From: Opitutales bacterium
GTDB lineage: Bacteria > Verrucomicrobiota > Verrucomicrobiia > Opitutales > PNEW01
Length of the DNA: 64,000 bases
Reading direction: 5' to 3'
Assembly: GCA_965197745.1 (NCBI GenBank)
Contig: CBDANS010000007.1
Span: forward strand, 672,001 to 736,000
Of the stretch, positions 18,390-28,905 are shown one piece after another. Position 1 is the stretch's first letter, and each line of letters starts with the position of its first letter. Both the position numbers and the translations under genes were made by a program. The notes beneath the pieces are model-generated. The model worked only from the letters and a program-made list of their open reading frames with translations. It had not been told where the DNA came from and ran no database searches.

Positions 18390-20600
18390 GTGATTATCAA
18401 TAAGAATGAATTAAGCGCTATCCAGGCTGGAAGACATGGTAAACCTCACGACATCCTGGGTTTGCATGTTATCAATCGTGAAAAGAAGAAAATGCTGGTT
18501 GCCCGGGCCTTCATCCATGATGCGGATAACTGTGAGCTTGTCGATGTAGCGAATGAGTCCGAAAACCATTATCCTCTGCAAAAGATTACTCCTGATGGAT
18601 TCTTTGAAGGATTGCTTCCCGATCGTGATGAGGTATTTCGCTACCAATTGCGGATTAAAAAAACGAATGGTGAAATTCGACAATTTTTTGATCCCTATGG
18701 TTTTCTGCCAACTTTGTCTGACTATGATCTCTATTTATTTAACGAAGGGAATGATCACCGCGTCTATGATAAATTGGGAGCGCACATCCGTCAATCGGAG
18801 GGATTACCAGGTGTAGCATTTGCGGTTTGGGCCCCGAGTGCGAAGCGCGTTTCAGTCGTAGGTGACTTTAACTTTTGGAATGGTTTATATCACCCGATGC
18901 GTATGCTCGGTGCATCGGGAGTATGGGAACTGTTCATTCCGGGGCTCGAAGAAGACACGAAATTTAAATATGAAATTATTGGTGCTGACAATTACGTGCG
19001 ACTAAAAACCGATCCCTATGCCGTCTATTATGAGTCACCTCCTAACAATGCATCTATTGTAAAAGATATCAGTAATTATCAATGGCAGGATGCCGCCTGG
19101 ATAGATGCTCGCAGTAGTATCGACTGGTTGAAGAAACCCATTTCCATATACGAAATTCACTTTGGTTCGTGGAAACGCATTGTTGAAGAAGGTAATCGGC
19201 CATTAACGTATCGAGAAATGGCAGGAGAACTGCCCGCCTATGTGAAAGACATGGGGTTTACACATGTAGAATTTCTTCCCTTGAATGAACATCCTTTTAC
19301 CGGGTCCTGGGGATACCAGGCAACGGGGTTTTTTGCTCCTACACACCGTTATGGCAGTCCCCAAGACTTCATGTTTTTGGTGGATACCCTTCACGCCCAT
19401 GGGATCGGAGTGATTATGGATTGGGTTCCCGGCCATTTTCCTAAGGACAGTTTTTCCCTCGCTGAATTCGATGGAACGCATCTCTATGAGCATACAGATC
19501 CCCGGAAGGGTTTTCATCAGGATTGGGGCACCCTGGTATTTAACTATGGACGACATGAAGTGCGATGCTTTCTTATAGCCAGTGCGCTGGCTTGGTTCAG
19601 TCGCTATCATATCGACGGTTTGCGCGTTGATGCCGTGGCTTCGATGCTCTATCTGGACTATTCGAGAAAAGCAGGTGAGTGGATTCCCAATGAATATGGA
19701 GGGCGTGAAAATATCGAAGCGATTCATTTCGTCCGTCAAATAAATGCCCTTGTCCGACACTATTACCCCGGGGCAATCATGATTGCTGAAGAATCAACTT
19801 CATGGGAAGGTGTTACGCACAGTCTTCGGCAGGATGGGCTTGGATTTGACTTCAAATGGAATATGGGGTGGATGCACGATACCCTGCGGTTTTTTGAAAG
19901 AAAACCAGAGTCGAGAAAAGGGCACCTCAATGATCTTACTTTTGCCTCAATTTATCAGCATACAGAGAACTTTCTCCTTGTATTCTCCCATGATGAGATG
20001 GTTCACGGTAAAAGCTCCATGATAATGAAAATAGGGGCAGAGACGATGTCGAATAAAGCCCAGAATCTTCGGGCTCTCTATACCTTGATGTGGGCCTGGC
20101 CGGGAAAAAAATCCTTATTTATGGGAAGCGAGTTTGGACAGTCATCAGAATGGAAATATGATGAAAGCGTGGAATGGCACCTCTTGCAGTATGAGGATCA
20201 CCAGGGGATTCAGAAAATCGTACGTGATCTCAATAATCTATATAAGTCTGAGCCCGCATTATATGAAAAGGAAAATGAGCCAGGTAATGTTGATTGGATT
20301 CGGGCGAGTGACTCAGATAATATCGTAATCGCTTTCCTGCGCCAGGGGAAAGATGAAGGGGAGATGTATCTTGTGGTTGGTAATTATTCATCGGTAGTAA
20401 GACAAAATTACCGCCTTGGTGTGCCTTGTTCAGGTATTTGGAAAGAGCTTATTAATTCAGATGCAGATATCTATGGGGGCAGCGGCAGAGGAAATTTAGG
20501 AGAGCTTGCCACCAATAGTACTCCCAGTGATGGGTACGATTATTCACTTAATTTAACCCTTCCGCATAACACCACACTTATTCTTAAGTTCGATGGTTAA
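18390..20600 (+). CDS. glgB: 1,4-alpha-glucan branching enzyme
   Basis: FAVWAPSA, IYEIHFGSW, DWVPGHF, GLRVDAVASM, AEEST and SHDEMVHGK motifs. Confidence 0.97.
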   Translation: MIINKNELSAIQAGRHGKPHDILGLHVINREKKKMLVARAFIHDADNCELVDVANESENHYPLQKITPDGFFEGLLPDRDEVFRYQLRIKKTNGEIRQFFDPYGFLPTLSDYDLYLFNEGNDHRVYDKLGAHIRQSEGLPGVAFAVWAPSAKRVSVVGDFNFWNGLYHPMRMLGASGVWELFIPGLEEDTKFKYEIIGADNYVRLKTDPYAVYYESPPNNASIVKDISNYQWQDAAWIDARSSIDWLKKPISIYEIHFGSWKRIVEEGNRPLTYREMAGELPAYVKDMGFTHVEFLPLNEHPFTGSWGYQATGFFAPTHRYGSPQDFMFLVDTLHAHGIGVIMDWVPGHFPKDSFSLAEFDGTHLYEHTDPRKGFHQDWGTLVFNYGRHEVRCFLIASALAWFSRYHIDGLRVDAVASMLYLDYSRKAGEWIPNEYGGRENIEAIHFVRQINALVRHYYPGAIMIAEESTSWEGVTHSLRQDGLGFDFKWNMGWMHDTLRFFERKPESRKGHLNDLTFASIYQHTENFLLVFSHDEMVHGKSSMIMKIGAETMSNKAQNLRALYTLMWAWPGKKSLFMGSEFGQSSEWKYDESVEWHLLQYEDHQGIQKIVRDLNNLYKSEPALYEKENEPGNVDWIRASDSDNIVIAFLRQGKDEGEMYLVVGNYSSVVRQNYRLGVPCSGIWKELINSDADIYGGSGRGNLGELATNSTPSDGYDYSLNLTLPHNTTLILKFDG

Positions 20601-20623
20601 TTAGATGCTCGCGGATCAAGGTA

Positions 20624-20763
20624 AGCTTCGTCTTTGTCTGCCTCCTCGTCTTCGTCCCGGGAGGTTATTATCGAAACAATAAAACTGTATATTTTATAAA
20701 TAAATAATTCGATTACAAAAATGGTGGTTAAAGGCCAAAGAGGAGGCAGACGAAGACTAAGCT
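20624..20763. repeat. MITE-like unit: two inverted (TCGTCT)n tails around an AT-rich core
   Basis: AGCTTCGTCTTTGTCTGCCTCCTCGTCTTCGTCC (20624-20657) versus the reverse complement of 20733-20763, AGCTTAGTCTTCGTCTGCCTCCTCTTTGGCC. Confidence 0.85.
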
Positions 20764-20914
20764 GTATTGAAAGATGCGTAATAATCTTCGTCTACGTTCC
20801 TATTGTCTATGTGCTTACGAATACCAGTATCCGCTCAGCTATTACCCACAACATTTTTACCTGTAAATTTTATTTTACTGGACAAATAGGATATACCAGT
20901 AAAAAAGTCTGCAC

Positions 20915-21730
20915 GTGACTGGAAAACAACTTGCTAAGGCATTGAGATCGGGCAAACGCGTATACGGTACGTTAATTGTTTCTCCATCGCCAAGGTGGGT
21001 GGACGCTATAAGTGGATTGGATTTGGATTTTGTCTTTATTGATACTGAGCATATTGCTATCGACCGAATTGAGCTTGCCTGGATGTGCCAGGCTTATCGC
21101 TCGTTAAATATAGCACCTATCGTTCGTATTCCCTCTCCCGATCCCTATTATGCGTCCATGGTTTTAGATGGAGGAGCAAATGGAGTAATTGCCCCTTATG
21201 TGGAAACTGTGGAACAGGTTCAAGCGCTGCGTGGCGCCGTTAAATTGCGGCCGGTTAAAGGGAAACGTTTGCAGGAGCGATTGAAAGACGGTAAAAAGTT
21301 TGAAAAGAGACTGGAAAACTATCTTGAAAGCGCCAATCGCGAAAATGTATTGGTCGTAAATATTGAGAGTGTGCCCGCGATGGAAAACCTTGATGAGATA
21401 CTTAAGGTTGAAGGACTGGATGCGGTTTTAATCGGGCCGCATGACCTTTCCTGTAGTTTAGGTATCCCAGAACAATACCACCTAAAAAAATTTGATCAGG
21501 CAGTGCGGACAATTATCACAAAAGCACGTAAAAACAATGTTGGTGCCGGTATTCATTTCTGGCACGATTTGAAATTAGAAATCTCCTGGTATAAAGCAGG
21601 AGCTAACTTTGTTGTTCACGGGGTCGATCTCCTCTCATTTTTGAAATTGACGGGGCAAGAGCTTACCCAAATTCGCAATGCGCTTCGGGATGGGGCAAAA
21701 TCCCGGAAAAAGCGCAATATAAATATTTAA
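20915..21730 (+). CDS. HpcH/HpaI aldolase family protein
   Basis: DFVFIDTEH, PIVRIP, LDGGANGVIAPYV, NIES and IGPHDLS motifs. Confidence 0.92.
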   Translation: MTGKQLAKALRSGKRVYGTLIVSPSPRWVDAISGLDLDFVFIDTEHIAIDRIELAWMCQAYRSLNIAPIVRIPSPDPYYASMVLDGGANGVIAPYVETVEQVQALRGAVKLRPVKGKRLQERLKDGKKFEKRLENYLESANRENVLVVNIESVPAMENLDEILKVEGLDAVLIGPHDLSCSLGIPEQYHLKKFDQAVRTIITKARKNNVGAGIHFWHDLKLEISWYKAGANFVVHGVDLLSFLKLTGQELTQIRNALRDGAKSRKKRNINI

Positions 21731-21920
21731 AGGTTAATTTCTCATTACCTCTGATCCATTTTCCTTCTAAAAGGAGTGAACGGAGAAGGGTCAGTAGTTG
21801 AATTCTATATAATGCTTTTTGATTCGCTTTACATTAATTCCTGATTGACCATGGCACCTCTATGTCTTTTATTCTCTCGCTTTTCTTGTATAAATTAGGA
21901 AACCGCGTATCTCCATAAGT

Positions 21921-23237
21921 GTGAATATTAGTACCGAAGAAATAAACGATACCCGTAAGAAGCTTGTTGTTTCCGTTTCAGGGAAAGAAGTCGCTGCAGA
22001 GGAAAAGAAACTGCTCGGTGAGTTCTCGCGGAATGTAAAGATCCCGGGCTTTCGCCCCGGGAAGGCTCCTGCTTCACTTATCAGAAAACGATATGGGAAA
22101 GAATTAGAGAGTGAATTGAATCGAAAGGTGATTTCTGAGGCATACGAAAAATCAATAAAAGATTCTGATCTGGACATTTATAATGTCGTCAATGTTGACG
22201 ATAGTGAGTTTTCGTCAGGAAAGGACGGGAAAGTCGAAATTACGGTAGATATCACACCTTCATTTAACCTGCCGGAGTATAAAGGTATTCCTGCAGAAAT
22301 AACCGCTACTGAGGTTACCGAAGATGAAGTGAACAACGCTATCGAGGAGATTCAAAGACAGCGCTCAGAATTTCTTGTTGTCGAGCACGCAGTGGAAAAA
22401 GGCAATTTTGTTAAAGTCAGCTATGAGGGTAAGATTAAAAATAAGCCCATTGCCGACTTGTTAGCTGACCAGCCAATCTGGGGCAAGCAGGAGAATACCT
22501 GGGAGGAAGCGGGTACAGAAAATTCAATGGGGGTGAAAGCCGTGGTTGATGGGCTGGTGGGAATGAAAGTTGGCGAAAAGAAAGATGAAGAGATGAAATA
22601 CCCAAAGGATTTTTCCGTAGCTGAACTGGCGGGTAAGGCGGCGGTCTATTCGATGGAAGTTCACGAAGTGCGTGAACGTGTTATGCCCGAGTTAAACGAT
22701 GAGTTTTTAAAACAATTGCACGTTGAGAGTGTCGATCAATTGAAAAAACAATTGGAAGATGAAATTAAACGTCGAAAAGAGTATGAAAAAAACCAATCAC
22801 TCAGGCAGCAGATAACCGAGACCTTGGATAAACGCATTGAGTTTTCACTACCTGAAAGTGCTGTCGAGTTCGAAGCGCGTGGGATCTATAATGATATTAA
22901 AATGCAAAATAGGAATCAGGGAGTAGCGGATAGTGAATTTGAAAAACATGATGAAGAGATTCGTGAAAACGCGAAACGTGTAGCTGCCAGTCGTGTAAAA
23001 ATGCAGATAATCCTTGGTCGTATCGCCAAAGATGAAAAGATTGAAGTGAGTAATGAGGATTTCCAGAGCCACATTTTATCTGAGGCCATGCAGACTGGCA
23101 CCAAACCCGAACAGGTTTTGAAAGATATGCAAAAAAACAGGAGCCATATGTTTGCGATACAAAGATCAATCATTTTTAATAAAACCCTCGATTATTTAGT
23201 GAAAGAATCCGCGATTACTCAGAAAGACAGCGAGTAA
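21921..23237 (+). CDS. tig: Trigger factor
   Basis: KIPGFRPGKAP ribosome-binding signature; upstream of clpP-clpX. Confidence 0.96.
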   Translation: MNISTEEINDTRKKLVVSVSGKEVAAEEKKLLGEFSRNVKIPGFRPGKAPASLIRKRYGKELESELNRKVISEAYEKSIKDSDLDIYNVVNVDDSEFSSGKDGKVEITVDITPSFNLPEYKGIPAEITATEVTEDEVNNAIEEIQRQRSEFLVVEHAVEKGNFVKVSYEGKIKNKPIADLLADQPIWGKQENTWEEAGTENSMGVKAVVDGLVGMKVGEKKDEEMKYPKDFSVAELAGKAAVYSMEVHEVRERVMPELNDEFLKQLHVESVDQLKKQLEDEIKRRKEYEKNQSLRQQITETLDKRIEFSLPESAVEFEARGIYNDIKMQNRNQGVADSEFEKHDEEIRENAKRVAASRVKMQIILGRIAKDEKIEVSNEDFQSHILSEAMQTGTKPEQVLKDMQKNRSHMFAIQRSIIFNKTLDYLVKESAITQKDSE

Positions 23238-23411
23238 TCTGTCATCCAATCGGTTTCTTTATTCGATAACGTCTATTTGTTGGAACTTTATATCCAAGGC
23301 TGTTTCGATATAAATTTAGATATGAAGATTAGAGCGAAACCATTTAATTTCGCTTGATAAACACCTTTAACAAGAATATTTTATAATCCCAATAAAACAA
23401 AGGAATTGTTC

Positions 23412-24032
23412 GTGAGTTATTATTTACCATTGCCACACATTGTTGAAAACGATGGCCGGACAGAGCGGCATTGGGATGTCTACAGTCGGCTTCTCAAGGA
23501 TCGTATTATTTTTATCGGAACCCCTATAGACGACTATGTGGCCAACGGAATTATTGCCCAGATGTTGGTTTTACAAGGTGAAGATCCTAAAAAAGAGATA
23601 CAATTGTATATCAATTCTCCCGGAGGAAACGTAACGGATGGAATGGCAATATATGACACCATGAATTTTCTGCAATGTGATGTGGTTACCTATTGTGTCG
23701 GGATGGCTGCCAGTATGGGGACCGTGCTACTTTCAGCGGGCACCCCGGGGAAACGCTATGCCCTCCCCAATAGCCGAGTCATGATACACCAGCCGACGGG
23801 AGGCGCCACCGGGCAAACTTCCGACATCTCCATTGCGGCCAGAGAAATCCTGCGTTGGAAAAATAAAATTAACGAAATTCTCTCGAAACACACTGGGAGA
23901 GATATCGAGCAGATCGAGAGTGACTCTGATCGCGATTACTATATGACTGCTCAGGAAGCGAAGGAATACGGTGTTGTTGATCAGGTTATAGAGTTTAAGA
24001 AGGATAAGGATAAGGAGAAAAAATCTGCCTGA
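23412..24032 (+). CDS. clpP: ATP-dependent Clp protease proteolytic subunit (start GTG 23412 or TTG 23406)
   Basis: [24 protein letters not shown] (catalytic Ser) and MIHQP. Confidence 0.97.
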   Translation: MSYYLPLPHIVENDGRTERHWDVYSRLLKDRIIFIGTPIDDYVANGIIAQMLVLQGEDPKKEIQLYINSPGGNVTDGMAIYDTMNFLQCDVVTYCVGMAASMGTVLLSAGTPGKRYALPNSRVMIHQPTGGATGQTSDISIAAREILRWKNKINEILSKHTGRDIEQIESDSDRDYYMTAQEAKEYGVVDQVIEFKKDKDKEKKSA

Positions 24033-24056
24033 TTCTTACTGCCATTTACCCCTATT

Positions 24057-25346
24057 ATGGCTAAAACGACAAAAATGACTTTCTGTTCGTTTTGTGGTAA
24101 GTCACAAAACGAAGTGCGAAAAATGATCGCGGGACCTGCAGGTGTCTATATCTGCGACTCCTGCGTTACCGTTTGCAAAACGATAATTGACCGGGAATTA
24201 AAGTCTCCCGGACAGGAATCAAAATTTTCCTTTAAGCTCGTCAAACCCACTGAAATTAAAGAGGCGCTGGACGAATTTGTCATCAGCCAGGACCATGCAA
24301 AAAAGGTATTGTCTGTGGCGGTCTACAATCATTACAAACGCCTTCAAGCTGAGTTAGAATCTAACAAAACTCAAATTGGCGAAAGTGCTGCGGAATTCAG
24401 TGGTGTCGAAATTGAGAAAAGTAATATTTTGCTCATTGGACCGACGGGCAGCGGAAAAACCTTACTGGCGAGAACATTGGCTGATCTCCTGGAGGTGCCT
24501 TTTTCCATTGTTGACGCCACCACTTTGACCGAGGCCGGCTACGTTGGGGAAGACGTGGAAAATATTGTATTACGTCTGCTCCAATCGGCTAACTACGATG
24601 TTAAAAAAGCGGAATGTGGCATTATCTATGTTGATGAAATCGATAAAATTGGTCGCAAGACCGATAACGTTTCGATTACGCGCGATGTGTCGGGTGAAGG
24701 AGTTCAACAGGCTTTGCTTAAGATTCTTGAAGGTACGGTTTGCAACGTGCCACCCCAGGGAGGGCGGAAGCATCCCAATCAGGAGTATATTCAAGTAGAT
24801 ACATCAAATATCCTCTTTGTATGTGGAGGTGCTTTTGTCGGCCTCGACAAAATTATACACAAGCGGGTAGGAAGTAAAAGCCTCGGATTCGATGTCCGGG
24901 ATAATTCCCATGAAGTGAAAAATGAGGATCTCATAAAAGAGATCGCACCTGAAGATTTAGTCAAATATGGTATGATCCCGGAATTCGTTGGGAGATTGCC
25001 CGTGGTTTCATCATTGGATGAACTGGATATTGACGATCTGGAAAAAATCCTGCTCGACACGAGAAACGCCCTCATCAAGCAATACCGAAAATTATTTTCA
25101 ATGGAAGGTGTTAGTCTGACTTTTACCAAGGATGCGGTGCGTGCGGTTGCGGAAAAAGCTATCGAGTTAAAAACCGGGGCACGGGCACTCAGGTCAATTC
25201 TGGAAAAAATTATGCTGGATATTATGTATCAACTGCCGCAAATGCCCGATATCGTGGAAGTTTCCATCAATCGCGCGGTAGTTGAAGGAAAAAAGAAAGC
25301 TAAATTCCGTAAAATTTCTAAAAAAGACCGTCAGTATGCGGCGTAG
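24057..25346 (+). CDS. clpX: Clp protease ATP-binding subunit ClpX
   Basis: CSFCGK zinc finger, [20 protein letters not shown] and TGARALR. Confidence 0.98.
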   Translation: MAKTTKMTFCSFCGKSQNEVRKMIAGPAGVYICDSCVTVCKTIIDRELKSPGQESKFSFKLVKPTEIKEALDEFVISQDHAKKVLSVAVYNHYKRLQAELESNKTQIGESAAEFSGVEIEKSNILLIGPTGSGKTLLARTLADLLEVPFSIVDATTLTEAGYVGEDVENIVLRLLQSANYDVKKAECGIIYVDEIDKIGRKTDNVSITRDVSGEGVQQALLKILEGTVCNVPPQGGRKHPNQEYIQVDTSNILFVCGGAFVGLDKIIHKRVGSKSLGFDVRDNSHEVKNEDLIKEIAPEDLVKYGMIPEFVGRLPVVSSLDELDIDDLEKILLDTRNALIKQYRKLFSMEGVSLTFTKDAVRAVAEKAIELKTGARALRSILEKIMLDIMYQLPQMPDIVEVSINRAVVEGKKKAKFRKISKKDRQYAA

Positions 25347-25356
25347 GGGTCAACCC

Positions 25357-26427
25357 TTACCAGTGTCCGTACTGACCTTTTTTCAACGATTTAGCGAAGC
25401 TTACAAGCAGTTTGACCGTATTTTCAATATCTACAAGGTCAACCAGTTCACTCGGAGTATGCATGTAGCGTAGGGGGATAGAGATTAAACCTGTTGCCAC
25501 TCCCCCCCTTCCGATTTGAATCGCCCGGGCATCCGTGCCCGTAGGACGCGGATCCGCGTACAATTGATGGGGGATCTTATCTTTTTTCGCACAGTCGATC
25601 AGAATCTTATAAATTTTTGGATTAATATTCGCTCCGCGACTGATGATGGGGCCGGCCCCGAGTTTGGACTCACCAAATTTTCGATTATCACAATCGGGAT
25701 GATCGGTGGCATGGCCGACATCAATGGCAATGGCGAGATGAGGGTTAACAGCATAAGTAGCTGGAATGGCCCCTCGTGTCCCGATCTCTTCCTGGGCGGT
25801 GGTTACTGATACGACTTTAGGCGTTAAACGTTTTATTTTTGCTAATCGACGAAGCGTTTCGCTTACGACATAAGCTCCGGATTTATTATCAAAAGCGCGC
25901 GCCACGCCAATACTTCCGTTGATAAGATCAAAACTATGGTCATAGGTAGCAGCGTCTCCAATATTAACAAGTTTTAGTGCCTCTTTTTTGCTTTTTACGC
26001 CGATATCAATCCACATCTGCTCAATTTTAGGTACTTTATTCCGGTCTTCCTGGCCCATCAGGTGGACGGCTCTTTTGCCCGTTACTCCTTTGACTATACC
26101 CTTGGCGGTAAGAATATTTACGCGGCGTCCGGAAATTATAATTCTGTCATGACCACCGATAGTATCAAAATAAAGATAACCGTCATTATCGATGTAATTT
26201 ATGATAAACCCTAATTCATCCATATGGCCGGCAAACATGAGGACGGGATCACCTTTGGGATTGATCGTGGCAATCCTGTTGCCCATGGCATCTTTTCGGT
26301 ATTCCTGGGCAACCGGTTTGAGATAACGATCGATGACTCGCTGAGCTTCGTCCTCATAGCCCGATGGTGAGCGGGCGTTGAGTAATTCGACAAGAAATTT
26401 TGGAGGGGAAAATTGTTTAGTCGTCAT
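25357..26427 (-). CDS. M42 family metallopeptidase
   Basis: SPSGYE, GHMDELG, AFDNK, QEEIG, GTDA and LRYMHTPSE motifs. Confidence 0.93.
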   Translation of the reverse strand: MTTKQFSPPKFLVELLNARSPSGYEDEAQRVIDRYLKPVAQEYRKDAMGNRIATINPKGDPVLMFAGHMDELGFIINYIDNDGYLYFDTIGGHDRIIISGRRVNILTAKGIVKGVTGKRAVHLMGQEDRNKVPKIEQMWIDIGVKSKKEALKLVNIGDAATYDHSFDLINGSIGVARAFDNKSGAYVVSETLRRLAKIKRLTPKVVSVTTAQEEIGTRGAIPATYAVNPHLAIAIDVGHATDHPDCDNRKFGESKLGAGPIISRGANINPKIYKILIDCAKKDKIPHQLYADPRPTGTDARAIQIGRGGVATGLISIPLRYMHTPSELVDLVDIENTVKLLVSFAKSLKKGQYGHW

Positions 26428-26598
26428 TAATATTTATATAATTTAGATATCAGATATAGTATCGTCGAATGGAAGGGATCGATAATATGCAGAACTTTTT
26501 AATCAACGATGCAAGCTATTCCTTTTAAAATGGGCAAATGGTACGATCTTGGAAAATATTTTTGCATTAATAGTGTAACCGTTAATCATTATTAGACA

Positions 26599-27318
26599 GT
26601 GATTTTATATCCGGCCATAGATTTACGAAATGGAAATTGCGTGCAGTTAATCCAGGGAAAAACCGATCAGGAAATCGTTTACTTTGAAAATCCAGTCGAA
26701 CCCGCACAGCTTTGGCGCGATGCGGGGGCTCAATGGGTTCATATCGTTGATCTTGATGGCGCTTTTACCGGTGATCCGAAAAACTGGCAGGTAATTGAAA
26801 AGATTGCGGCCATCGATATGAAAGTGCAGATGGGAGGGGGGTTGCGCGATGTTAAAACCGTTGAAAAAGCTTTTGCCTTAGGCGTTTCACGCGTTGTCAT
26901 TGGCACGAAAGCATGTGAGGACGAAAATTTTATCAAGCAGTTAGTCGAAAAGTTTGGTCATAAAATTGCGGTTGGAATAGATGCGATTAACGGAAGAGTG
27001 GCGACACAAGGTTGGGTCAATACCACTGAATTGGATGCTCTAGATTTCGCGGGGACAATTTCTGATCTAGGCGTGCAGACAATTATTTATACTGATATAA
27101 GTCGCGACGGCATGTTAACCGGTCCGAATATTGATGGTCAGGAAAAAATACTTGCTGCGGTTAATGTCAATATTATCGCCTCCGGTGGCATCACCTCGTA
27201 TGAGGACATCGATCATTATATTAATTTGAAAGATCAATATCCGAGACTGGAGGGTATTATAATCGGCAAGGCGCTATACGAGAAGAAAATCGATCTTTCA
27301 GAAGCTTTAAGACGATAA
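26599..27318 (+). CDS. hisA: ProFAR isomerase
   Basis: YPAIDL, HIVDLDGA, GGGLR, TDISRDGMLTG, ASGG and GKALY motifs. Confidence 0.96.
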   Translation: MILYPAIDLRNGNCVQLIQGKTDQEIVYFENPVEPAQLWRDAGAQWVHIVDLDGAFTGDPKNWQVIEKIAAIDMKVQMGGGLRDVKTVEKAFALGVSRVVIGTKACEDENFIKQLVEKFGHKIAVGIDAINGRVATQGWVNTTELDALDFAGTISDLGVQTIIYTDISRDGMLTGPNIDGQEKILAAVNVNIIASGGITSYEDIDHYINLKDQYPRLEGIIIGKALYEKKIDLSEALRR

Positions 27319-27371
27319 AAATCGTGGGGCGCTATTCTTCGATTTCCAGCTGAAAATCTGATTCTTCATTT

Positions 27372-28787
27372 CTATTTTAACGCCTTTCGGGTATGCGGCC
27401 CTTTATTATTAAGCATTTCAGCAATATCTTCCAATGGGTAGGTCCAGATCTCTGAAAGGGTGGGGTGATACCAGTGTGCTTTCAGTAAATCATAAACCGT
27501 AGCTTCAAGGGCCACCGCTACGGATATTGCGTGAATCAGTTCACCGGCATCTTTTCCTACACACTCTGCACCTACAACACACCCGTCAGATTTTCGGGCC
27601 ATGATTTTTACAAAACCGTATTTAGCTTCCATGAGAATAGACTTTCCATGGTCATCAAAGGGAAAATCCGCGGTGACATATTCGACCCCTTTATCGTTGA
27701 GTTCATCTTCCGATAATCCGACGGTGGCGATTTGTGGATCGGTAAATATTATTTTTAACAGGTGATCATAATTTATTGGAATTGATTTCTGGCCCAGGGC
27801 ATGTTTAGCGGCGACTTCACCTTGTAAAATGGCTACGTGAACAATTTCATGGGGACCACAACAATCACCTGCACTGTAAATTCGTGTATTTGTTGTTTGT
27901 TGAAAAAGATTTGTTTTAATGTGTCCACTGGAGTGAAGTTCAACGCCTGCCTTTTCGAGATCGAGCTCTCCGGTATTCGGTCTGCGACCGAGACTGTTAA
28001 ACAAATGATCAGCTTCGCAATCGACCTCTGTGCCGTTATGATTAAAGGTAACTCGAATTTTATCGTTCTCTTTAGAAATATTTTCAATTTTGGTGCCGGT
28101 ATAAAGTTCTATTCCTTCGTCACGGAAAGCCTGTTCGATTACTTGTGCTCCCTTCTCTGAATTCTCTTTAAGGATTTGTCCGCTACGTTGTATCATTGTA
28201 ACTTTGCTCCCGACACGATTCAGATACTGGGTTAATTCACAGGCGACAACGCCACCGCCTAAAACAATTATCGATTCGGGAACGCTGTTAAGCTCAAGCA
28301 CATCGTCACTCGTAATAGAAGAAATGTTCTCTAGCCCCGGGACGGGAGGCACATTAATTGTCGATCCCGTAGCAATAAGGAATTTCTCGCTGCTAAGTTC
28401 ACTGCCGTCATCGAGTTTAACTGATTTTTCATCGATAAACCGCGCGTTACTGCGGTAAAGATCAAAGCGATCAGACTCCAGTTCTTTTACGCGGTAGTCC
28501 GCAAAATCACCGATAATGTTTTGTTTACGCGTTTGCAGAGAGGTGATATCAACTTTGGTCTCAGGGATATTAAGGCCAAATGTAGATCCGTGACGGGCGT
28601 GGTGGAGGACTTCAGCTGAATAGATCACCGTTTTGGATGGCATACAGCCGCGCAGAATGCAGAGACCGGCAAGCTTCTCCGCGCCGTCAACGATGGCTAC
28701 TTTTTCATGGGTTTCGCGGGCGGTTCGAGCTCCCGCGTAACCGCCGCTGCCACCACCAATAACAATAAAATCATAATGTTCGCGCAT
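27372..28787 (-). CDS. Class I pyridine nucleotide-disulfide oxidoreductase (dihydrolipoamide dehydrogenase/MerA-like)
   Basis: GGGSGG FAD motif, redox pair CILRGC, GGGVVACE and HPTLSE; no C-terminal Cys pair of MerA. Confidence 0.9.
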   Translation of the reverse strand: MREHYDFIVIGGGSGGYAGARTARETHEKVAIVDGAEKLAGLCILRGCMPSKTVIYSAEVLHHARHGSTFGLNIPETKVDITSLQTRKQNIIGDFADYRVKELESDRFDLYRSNARFIDEKSVKLDDGSELSSEKFLIATGSTINVPPVPGLENISSITSDDVLELNSVPESIIVLGGGVVACELTQYLNRVGSKVTMIQRSGQILKENSEKGAQVIEQAFRDEGIELYTGTKIENISKENDKIRVTFNHNGTEVDCEADHLFNSLGRRPNTGELDLEKAGVELHSSGHIKTNLFQQTTNTRIYSAGDCCGPHEIVHVAILQGEVAAKHALGQKSIPINYDHLLKIIFTDPQIATVGLSEDELNDKGVEYVTADFPFDDHGKSILMEAKYGFVKIMARKSDGCVVGAECVGKDAGELIHAISVAVALEATVYDLLKAHWYHPTLSEIWTYPLEDIAEMLNNKGPHTRKALK

Positions 28788-28905
28788 CTTAAGACTTTCG
28801 ATAAGTTAATTTGCTTAATTTATAAAAATAGGGTGAATATCATCTTCATTATTAAGTATTACGTAATATTGATAGTGTAAAAAACATCCATCTTCTTTAC
28901 CCGCT

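Noticed and set aside
25344..25360. Bidirectional terminator between clpX and the M42 peptidase
   Set aside because: Only a short imperfect hairpin overlapping both stop codons, with no U-tract; too weak to call.
27372..28787. Mercuric reductase MerA
   Set aside because: No N-terminal HMA domain, no C-terminal Cys-Cys pair and no mer operon genes; it retains the HPTxxE motif of LPD-like enzymes.
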